Below are positions 57,360-64,000 of a stretch of 64,000 nucleotides of DNA, one piece after another. The first letter of the stretch is position 1. Every line of letters begins with the position of its first letter. Source of the DNA: Candidatus Kaiserbacteria bacterium (GTDB taxonomy: Bacteria; Patescibacteriota; Minisyncoccia; Phycocordibacterales; UBA2100). The translations under genes and the position numbers were made by a program. The notes under the pieces are model-generated. The model did not search any database, had not been told where the DNA came from, and was given only the letters and a program-made list of their open reading frames with translations. Location of the stretch: contig JACRFI010000009.1 of the NCBI GenBank assembly GCA_016217965.1, positions 3,144-67,143 on the forward strand, read 5' to 3'.

Positions 57360-58363
57360 ACAATATGCGCGTTTGCGTGTACACGCACCTGTGGATTAGC
57401 CTTGAACCATTCCACGGTTTCCGACAACTTCTCTTCGAGCGTACACTTTGGTTTCCAGCCAAAACCTCGAAGCTTTGAGGAATCAACTGCGTACTTCTGA
57501 TCATGGGCAGGCCTATCCTCAACATGCGTGGTAAGAGACAGAGGCTTCCCGAGTATTTTGAGAATATTCTCAGCAATATATTTGTTCGAATACTCCTTCT
57601 GCTGCGATACGTTATACACATCACCAACGGTGCCCTTTTCAAGGACCGCGAGAATCGCTTCCGAGTGGTCATCAACATACAGCCAGTCGCGCATATTTTC
57701 TCCCGTGCCATACAGAGGAAGAGGCTCATTATTCAAAGCGCACATCGTAAAGAAAGGAATGAGCTTTTCAGGGAACTGCCGAGGCCCGTAATTATTGACA
57801 GAGTGAGTGACAATGACCGGCAGCTTGTGTGTTTTTGCATACGAACGAACCAAGAGATCTCCTGCAGCCTTTGACGCCGCATAGGGCGAATTCGGGCGAA
57901 ATGGCGAATCTTCTGTGAAGCGCTCCTTCGAATCGAGCGGGAGATCTCCCCACACCTCGTCTGTCGATATATGCACCATTCGGCTGACATGCGGGCTCTG
58001 ACGAAGCGCCTCGAGAAGCGAGTAGACGCCAACAACATTCGTGTGTATGAAAGGGGCAGCGCCTTCGTGTATTGACCTGTCGACATGCGTCTCAGCCGCA
58101 AAATTCACTACCGCATCTGCATCGCGCATCTGCTCTAACATAAGCGGCGTATCAGAGATATCCCCTTTTACGAACACGTATCTCGCCTCATCAACTCCAT
58201 CAAGGTTACGAGGATTCCCCGCGTATGTAAGCGCGTCCACATTGGCAACACGCACATCAGGAAAACGTTCAAGGAGCATCCGGATGAAATTAGAGCCCAT
58301 GAACCCACAGCCGCCCGTGACGACGATCTTTTTATTCCGGAGAGTGAATGTTCCTTGGTCCAT
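57356..58363 (-). CDS. rmlB: dTDP-glucose 4,6-dehydratase
   Basis: GGCGFMG, AAETHVDRS, STDEV, SPYAASK, QFPEKLIP. Confidence 0.95.
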   Translation of the reverse strand: MDQGTFTLRNKKIVVTGGCGFMGSNFIRMLLERFPDVRVANVDALTYAGNPRNLDGVDEARYVFVKGDISDTPLMLEQMRDADAVVNFAAETHVDRSIHEGAAPFIHTNVVGVYSLLEALRQSPHVSRMVHISTDEVWGDLPLDSKERFTEDSPFRPNSPYAASKAAGDLLVRSYAKTHKLPVIVTHSVNNYGPRQFPEKLIPFFTMCALNNEPLPLYGTGENMRDWLYVDDHSEAILAVLEKGTVGDVYNVSQQKEYSNKYIAENILKILGKPLSLTTHVEDRPAHDQKYAVDSSKLRGFGWKPKCTLEEKLSETVEWFKANPQVRVHANAHIV

Positions 58364-58396
58364 ACAGAGTAGAGTTCGCAGAGAGATTACAACATT

Positions 58397-59185
58397 CTAT
58401 ATCGGTTTCTTTTCCAAAACGACCATAACGGTACGCAGGATCGCGCTGTGATGAATCCCAAAAGCCGCAAGAAGCCATTTGGCATAGTGTCGAAATCCTG
58501 AACCTGCGTCTTCATACAGAACGCGAAAACCTGCTTTGCGCGCCATCCGCTTCATCTTCCAGAAACTGATGAAGTGCAAGTTAATTTCCTCAATGGTATT
58601 TTGATGCCACGCCGCGCGCAGCAACACTGCAGCAAGCGATCGAGGCATGTAGCTAAGGCCCCAAACACCAGTGTGTGTCTCTTTTGGTGCAAGCCGGTTC
58701 GGAAACGCTAGGTAGAACCTTCCTCCCTCCTTCAGGACACGCGCAGCCTCGCGGAGCATGAGACCAGGATCCGAAACATGTTCCAGAACGCTTACAGAGA
58801 ATGCGTAATCAAACGATCCGCTTGCGTGGGGAAAAATGCCGCCGTCGTAGAGGCGAAGATCGATCTTGGCGCGCGCATTCTTAGCATTCTGGACCGCAAT
58901 CCGCCAAAGGACCTCATTAACCTCAAGCCCAGAAGCTAGGGCACCCGCCTCTCCGAACGCAACCGCATACAAGCCATTTCCGAAACCGATGTCCAGAACT
59001 GATTTACCGCCTACCGGTCCGGCACGTTTTTCGAAATCATTCACAACATTCTTCGCAACACCCCCCTTCTTTTCCCAATCCCGTACTAATTTCTCATGCT
59101 CGTAGACATCCGTGTATTCCGTACATTCAGCCAAGTACTGTTCAGCCTGTTTCCGAACCTGCTCTGCAGAAATTCCTTGATTCAT
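58397..59185 (-). CDS. Class I SAM-dependent methyltransferase
   Basis: VLDIGFGNG, VLEHV, RVLKEGG, FPNR. Confidence 0.88.
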   Translation of the reverse strand: MNQGISAEQVRKQAEQYLAECTEYTDVYEHEKLVRDWEKKGGVAKNVVNDFEKRAGPVGGKSVLDIGFGNGLYAVAFGEAGALASGLEVNEVLWRIAVQNAKNARAKIDLRLYDGGIFPHASGSFDYAFSVSVLEHVSDPGLMLREAARVLKEGGRFYLAFPNRLAPKETHTGVWGLSYMPRSLAAVLLRAAWHQNTIEEINLHFISFWKMKRMARKAGFRVLYEDAGSGFRHYAKWLLAAFGIHHSAILRTVMVVLEKKPI

Positions 59186-60201
59186 AGGTTCATTTCCTTC
59201 GCGAGAGAGTGAACAAGTGACGGGAGCGAATGGGTGTCCGCCATATGGGATAGTTGCTCAATCAACACTCGACGCTCCCCATCTCTAAGCGATAGCAGTC
59301 CCTTAAGCTTCTCTGCGAGGGTCTCTGCAGAGCCGTCGAAGCTAAGCCGTGCGTCGGCACTCTCCGCAAAATCCTTGCTCGCTGCAAGAACGAGGCACCC
59401 GCACGCTGCCGCCTCAAAGATGGTTTTGTTATACATCCCGCTCTCTGACAGGTCGACGAATATCTCATATTCGCTAAAAACGCTTGGGGCCGCAGCGTGC
59501 GGGACGCCTTCAAAAAATCGCGCGTTTTCAAGCGAGTAGCTATCGGCCTGTACTGATGCCTTGTACGCCGCATCGCGCGCCAAGGCAGAGCCAAAGAACG
59601 TAACCGAACATGGAATATTCTGCGCATGCAACATGCGAACAGCGGAAACTAACACATCAGGCCTCTTCGATGGCGCAAATCTCCCAAAAAAAAGTAGAGA
59701 ACCTGGGACACGTCTGATTTCCCGGAGAGGCTGGAATAGCGCAGTATCGATACCGATGGGCATCAACACTGTCTTTTTATATTTTGCAGTGTATGAGAAT
59801 TTCGACGTGCAAAATACTTTCTCGCAAAAAAACGCCGCGATGTCGGTTGCGAGACTGCCTTCATAGTGGTTTCGCCAGAGATACACTTTTTTTCCAAGAA
59901 GCTTCCATAGCCATCCGGCTAAGAGCGCATATTCCTCGTTCATATGCACAAACACGGCATCGTATTCACGTCGCAATTTCCATACGTGCAGTAAAAAACG
60001 GATGGAGTAGCGTAGCCGCCCTTGCGAGCCACGTTCCTTGCCAAGCGAGTGCACCTGGCTTTTCAGATCATACTGCCCTACTTGGAGGGCAATGATATTC
60101 ATAGTGCCGAATGTTTTTTCGAATGCCTTAAGCCACCCGACAAAAAAACCGAGCACTAAATCTTCGGTATCCACTGACTGAGTGCAAACCAGGAGCTTCA
60201 T
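59182..60201 (-). CDS. GT4 glycosyltransferase
   Basis: VFVHMNEEY, GRFAPSK, KTIFEAAACG. Confidence 0.85.
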   Translation of the reverse strand: MKLLVCTQSVDTEDLVLGFFVGWLKAFEKTFGTMNIIALQVGQYDLKSQVHSLGKERGSQGRLRYSIRFLLHVWKLRREYDAVFVHMNEEYALLAGWLWKLLGKKVYLWRNHYEGSLATDIAAFFCEKVFCTSKFSYTAKYKKTVLMPIGIDTALFQPLREIRRVPGSLLFFGRFAPSKRPDVLVSAVRMLHAQNIPCSVTFFGSALARDAAYKASVQADSYSLENARFFEGVPHAAAPSVFSEYEIFVDLSESGMYNKTIFEAAACGCLVLAASKDFAESADARLSFDGSAETLAEKLKGLLSLRDGERRVLIEQLSHMADTHSLPSLVHSLAKEMNL

Positions 60202-60202
60202 G

Positions 60203-62164
60203 TCACGATAGAAGGAGATCGCGCGCCTCTTCCGGCTTGTCGCCATATACCCCCTTCACAAGGTCCATATCTTTTTCACTGGAGAGAAGAAGGTCGAGAT
60301 TTTTCGCAGCAGCGGCATCGAGGAATTTTGCGCCGTATTCGTCTTGGAGAAGATCGGCATACAAGCGGCGAGTAACTTCAAAATCCTTGATGAAGCAATG
60401 TCCGCCTGCGCCGCGGCCCGGCTTGCCACCATGGCCGCTCTGATGCACAGGATCAAGGTGCGACCGGCCGATGCGCGGGTCGCCAGCAAGCGCGTCGCGG
60501 ATTATTTCGTAGCGTGCGCCACTTTTTTTAGCGAGATCATGCAGAAGATTGATGTACACAACTTTCACATACAGCCAGCTGTTGCCCGCATATTTAATGA
60601 GTTCGGCTTCAAGCGCGCTGCACACGAGCTCAAATGGCGCCGACGGTAATATCGCGAGCACCTGTTTTGCTCGTCTTTGCATTTCCTCAGTATCTTCCGG
60701 AATGCCGGCTATATTCCTATCGGGATGGCTGGCATCGTATGCGGCAGTTGCTTCGCGCAAGAATTCTGGCGAGTGCATAACAAAAATATCCGGATTTTCT
60801 TTCTGAAGTTGTTCAGTCGTGCCAGGAAGTAGCGTCGATTTTATGACCGCAGTCTTTCCTTTGCCGACAAGCCGAAGTGCACTTTTTACTATCGAAACGT
60901 CAAAACCTTCCGGCGTCGTAGGCGTAGGAACAGCGATGAACACAATATCGCAGCCCTGTATCTTGTCTTTGTTCTGCCGATACGGCTCTTCGAGCGCATA
61001 CCGAACGACCGTGAATCCGCGCCGCTCAAAATCATCTGCATAATTCTTGCCAATCCACCCTTGTCCCACATATCCGATAGTCGGCCTGTCTTCTTTTTTT
61101 GCAGGCGCGAAAGGCGCAGTGCCAAGCGCCGACCCAATTTCCGCGCGCCACATATCCCGATACTCAGTCTCCGTCGGAAGTGGAAATGATAATTTCCCTT
61201 TCTTTCCCTCGGAAAGTACCGCCGCGACGGTACGTGGAAATTCGGTTTTGTCAGCTATCAACGCGCCAGCTTCCTTCGCCACACCAACATCATAGGAAAC
61301 AACTGCGCACCCCGCGGCAAGCGCCTCGACGATGACCATCCCGTATCCTTCGAAATCCGAGGTAACAAGAAGTACATCTGCCGATTTGTAATACGAATTC
61401 GGATTGTGAGAACCAGCAAAAACAACCCATTGTGTGAGGCCAAGTTTCTCCACAAGCAATTCAAGTTTTTTTCTCTCACTCCCGTCTCCCAGGATAACGA
61501 GGCCGGTTTCCGCCCGTACCTTCTGTACCTCTGGAAGTGCACGAATCGCTGCGGCAACATTCTTCTCCGGCTCGAGCCGTGCGACAACAAGCGCAATTTT
61601 CTTGAACTTCGGGTACTGATGCTTAAGATCGGCTGGTTGCGCTGCTTTCAAGGCATCCAAGTCAACAAACACCGGAAGCACTGATACGCGAGTTTTAATG
61701 CCACGCTTTTCCATCGAGAGTTTTATTTTTTCTGAAACAACGCGGATAGCATCTGCGCGAGAAATAAGAAAACGTGCGAGAAGAACGCGAAGCCTGTTCG
61801 CAAACGAATGCCGCCTGAAATTGGCATCAAACAGATCGGTATGCACCTGGAGATGCAACCTCGCCCCTCGTACACGAGCAATGATGTATCCGAGAAGCCC
61901 TATGAGGAACGGGTCCTGCGCAGAGACAACATCGGGACGCGGGATCCGAACGGCTCGCGGAAGCATCCTCAGAGTTCCTCTGATCTGTCCCGGCCCAAAG
62001 CCGCGCATCGTGGCGTTCCCCGCGAGGTTCACTATTTGGTTCGGCCCATGGGGCACGAACACATCAAGCCGCTCCACAGTGGATGCTTGCATGCGCATTC
62101 GGCGTGCAACCGCGCTGTCTTCATTGAAGACGTTCCAATCAGTGGAAATGCTAAGGACCCGCAT
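60203..62164 (-). CDS. Fusion: GT4 glycosyltransferase + UDP-glucose/GDP-mannose dehydrogenase (N-terminal and central domains)
   Basis: EGYGMVIVEAL; then GQGWIG, AVPTP, IKST, SPEFLRE, AELIKY, DPRIG, GGHCFIKD. Confidence 0.88.
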   Translation of the reverse strand: MRVLSISTDWNVFNEDSAVARRMRMQASTVERLDVFVPHGPNQIVNLAGNATMRGFGPGQIRGTLRMLPRAVRIPRPDVVSAQDPFLIGLLGYIIARVRGARLHLQVHTDLFDANFRRHSFANRLRVLLARFLISRADAIRVVSEKIKLSMEKRGIKTRVSVLPVFVDLDALKAAQPADLKHQYPKFKKIALVVARLEPEKNVAAAIRALPEVQKVRAETGLVILGDGSERKKLELLVEKLGLTQWVVFAGSHNPNSYYKSADVLLVTSDFEGYGMVIVEALAAGCAVVSYDVGVAKEAGALIADKTEFPRTVAAVLSEGKKGKLSFPLPTETEYRDMWRAEIGSALGTAPFAPAKKEDRPTIGYVGQGWIGKNYADDFERRGFTVVRYALEEPYRQNKDKIQGCDIVFIAVPTPTTPEGFDVSIVKSALRLVGKGKTAVIKSTLLPGTTEQLQKENPDIFVMHSPEFLREATAAYDASHPDRNIAGIPEDTEEMQRRAKQVLAILPSAPFELVCSALEAELIKYAGNSWLYVKVVYINLLHDLAKKSGARYEIIRDALAGDPRIGRSHLDPVHQSGHGGKPGRGAGGHCFIKDFEVTRRLYADLLQDEYGAKFLDAAAAKNLDLLLSSEKDMDLVKGVYGDKPEEARDLLLS

Positions 62165-62203
62165 GAGTTTTGCCCACTGTACGCGGTTTTAGACCGTTTC
62201 TCA

Positions 62204-62338
62204 ACCCCGTTAGAAATAGCCCGCCCAAGCCCTCTAGGGCGCGCTTGCCCCGTTAGAAGCTTTGCGGTTAGAAGAATGTGTCCAGCGTTGGTTTGGCTTC
62301 TAACGGGGCTTGCGCGCGGGCGCGATTTCTAACGGGGT
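62204..62338. mobile_element. Nested CCCCGTTAGA/TCTAACGGGG inverted-repeat element
   Basis: Outer 14-bp IR at 62204-62217 and 62325-62338; inner 14-bp IR at 62247-62260 and 62296-62309. Confidence 0.75.
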
Positions 62339-63465
62339 CAATGCGCCGTAAATTTCCTGAAGAGCGCCATATGTTCTTGCAACACGGCGTCCCAACTATG
62401 CTCGAACCTGACTTTTCGGCACTTCGCAACGAATTCCCCATACCGTTTCTCGTCGGCAAGCATTTCCAGCTTCGATGCAATATCCTCAACGGAGCGCGGA
62501 TCAAGCATCTCCGGCAACTGATCCTTGATAGGAAGAAAATTCTCCTTCGTCACGAGGACAGGTACGCCGAGCGCAAGTGCTTCAGTAACCTGATTGGGAG
62601 AAATATCACTCCAGCTCGGCAAGACAAGAGCGCGGCAATTTTTTATTCTCTCGCATAACTCTTCCTGCCGCATCGTGGGAAGCATGGTCACTTCTCCAAC
62701 TATTCTCAGCTCTTGCATTGCATTGCGAATGCGGTGCTCTTCAGGGCCGCTACCGATGAGAACGAGGCGGTATGAGTCCGGCAGTTGCGCCTTCGCAAAT
62801 GCCCACACCAAGGACGTCACATTTTTCATAGCAACGAAACGCCCCGCGAATAGTATCTCCTCGCTCGCCTTCCCTCTGCTCACGGTAGATATTTTTGGCA
62901 AAGGATTATAGATGACAGAGGTCTTTCTGGGATCAAGACTGTAATATTGGTGATACATCTTCTGCTGCGCATCACTATTGAATACGACATGAGCCCGCCT
63001 GAGTACGAAACGGATGACTCGGTATAACATTCGGAAATTTCTATCTAACTTCTTTTCGTAAAAATCCGTAAGGGGCATCGGGTCGTTCGTGTTCTCCAAA
63101 TAACGCTCCCAGATATAATCGCCGCCAACACGGATGATAATGGGTGTTGGTTTCAGCATTGCCGCTAGCACAACGGGAAACCCCGCGGCAATCCAGTCCA
63201 GGCTATAGATCAGATCCGCATTTCCTATCTCTTTCCGAACCGCTCGAAAAAACGTGAGGTAATTTGCTATGCGGCTTCCCTTTCGAACGACGCGAACAAG
63301 TTTGAACGAATACTTGGAATCAAAATCGTATCTATCTTTATGCGAGTACGTAATGACAGTTACATCATGCCCCGCACCGACAAGCATCGATGCGATCTTC
63401 GGCGTGTAAATAGCGGGACCTCCTGCTTCGGGTTCGAAGATGCCTGTCGTTATCAGAATGTGCAT
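62338..63465 (-). CDS. GT4 glycosyltransferase
   Basis: GIFEPEAGGPA, GRFVAMKN, SDISPNQVTEAL. Confidence 0.88.
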   Translation of the reverse strand: MHILITTGIFEPEAGGPAIYTPKIASMLVGAGHDVTVITYSHKDRYDFDSKYSFKLVRVVRKGSRIANYLTFFRAVRKEIGNADLIYSLDWIAAGFPVVLAAMLKPTPIIIRVGGDYIWERYLENTNDPMPLTDFYEKKLDRNFRMLYRVIRFVLRRAHVVFNSDAQQKMYHQYYSLDPRKTSVIYNPLPKISTVSRGKASEEILFAGRFVAMKNVTSLVWAFAKAQLPDSYRLVLIGSGPEEHRIRNAMQELRIVGEVTMLPTMRQEELCERIKNCRALVLPSWSDISPNQVTEALALGVPVLVTKENFLPIKDQLPEMLDPRSVEDIASKLEMLADEKRYGEFVAKCRKVRFEHSWDAVLQEHMALFRKFTAH

Positions 63466-63705
63466 GCGAGAACTGTATCAGATATGTCTCCAAATCGACG
63501 AGCCCCAGTTGTCGGGGGCTCGCCAGAAGTTGTCTCACCGCGAGGTGGGACGTGGTTTCTCCCATTTCTTGAGCTCGTCGTCGCATACCTTGAGGAAGGC
63601 AAGGTACGCAGCTGCGTTCTTAAGAAAGAAATACTGCCACAGGTTCATAGGCTTTCACTCCCAGAAAAGCCCCCCACCGCACAAGACACCCGCATTGCTG
63701 TCCCG

Positions 63706-64000
63706 TCAAGCGGGGCGGGTAAATAGTCTGTTGAATACTTTTTCTCGCATCGTTCTCGCAATGATATCCCAATCGTATTTCTCCTCCACCATTTTCTTCG
63801 CAGTTGCGACCACAGCGCGAACTTTTTCTGGTCGAGACATCACTTCGCGTATCGCAAACGCAATTTGCTCGGGTGAATCCTTGTCCACCGCCCACCCGGT
63901 TATCGGCTTATCAGGATCCTTTCTTTCATCAAAAAGAAAATCCGCAATGCCGCCCTCTTGTGTGGCAATGACCGGAAGCCCCGCCGCCATCGCCTCGACG
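63706..64000 (-). CDS. GT4 glycosyltransferase (C-terminal part, 5' partial)
   Basis: EAMAAGLPVIAT..GGI, YDW. Confidence 0.85.
   Translation of the reverse strand, partial: VEAMAAGLPVIATQEGGIADFLFDERKDPDKPITGWAVDKDSPEQIAFAIREVMSRPEKVRAVVATAKKMVEEKYDWDIIARTMREKVFNRLFTRPA

Noticed and set aside
8139-64000. Phase-variable homopolymer tracts or frameshifted pseudogenes in glycan genes
   Set aside because: No long G/C tracts or broken frames noticed; genes appear intact

Overview
A bacterial window, standard code (TGA = stop). Gene style and content suggest a CPR/Patescibacteria (Parcubacteria-like) genome; this is inference only. The first 8 kb hold the 3' end of a large Ser/Thr-rich surface-type protein, a REP-associated HUH tyrosine transposase (RAYT) flanked by 23-bp palindromes, secA, a 17-aa Lys-rich micro-ORF with a structured leader, a candidate small RNA and an O-antigen-ligase/TPR protein. 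The rest (8.1-64 kb) is one large surface-glycan locus that runs off the right end. It encodes CDP-sugar/C-methyl sugar genes, GtrA/GT2/GT-C decoration modules, a legionaminic-acid-like operon with a formyltransferase, a GDP-heptose-type pathway lacking hddC, a second ulosonate module with an FAD-oxidoreductase::NeuB fusion, two KpsS-like transferases, an ABC flippase, rmlA/rmlB, many GT4s and methyltransferases, and a GT4::UDP-glucose-dehydrogenase fusion. Non-coding structure is rich: several families of dispersed palindromic/MITE-like elements, some forming -10 boxes, and about 14 genes with a -10 hexamer 6-7 nt upstream of the start codon (apparently leaderless). Product calls come from motif recognition only; no database searches were run.
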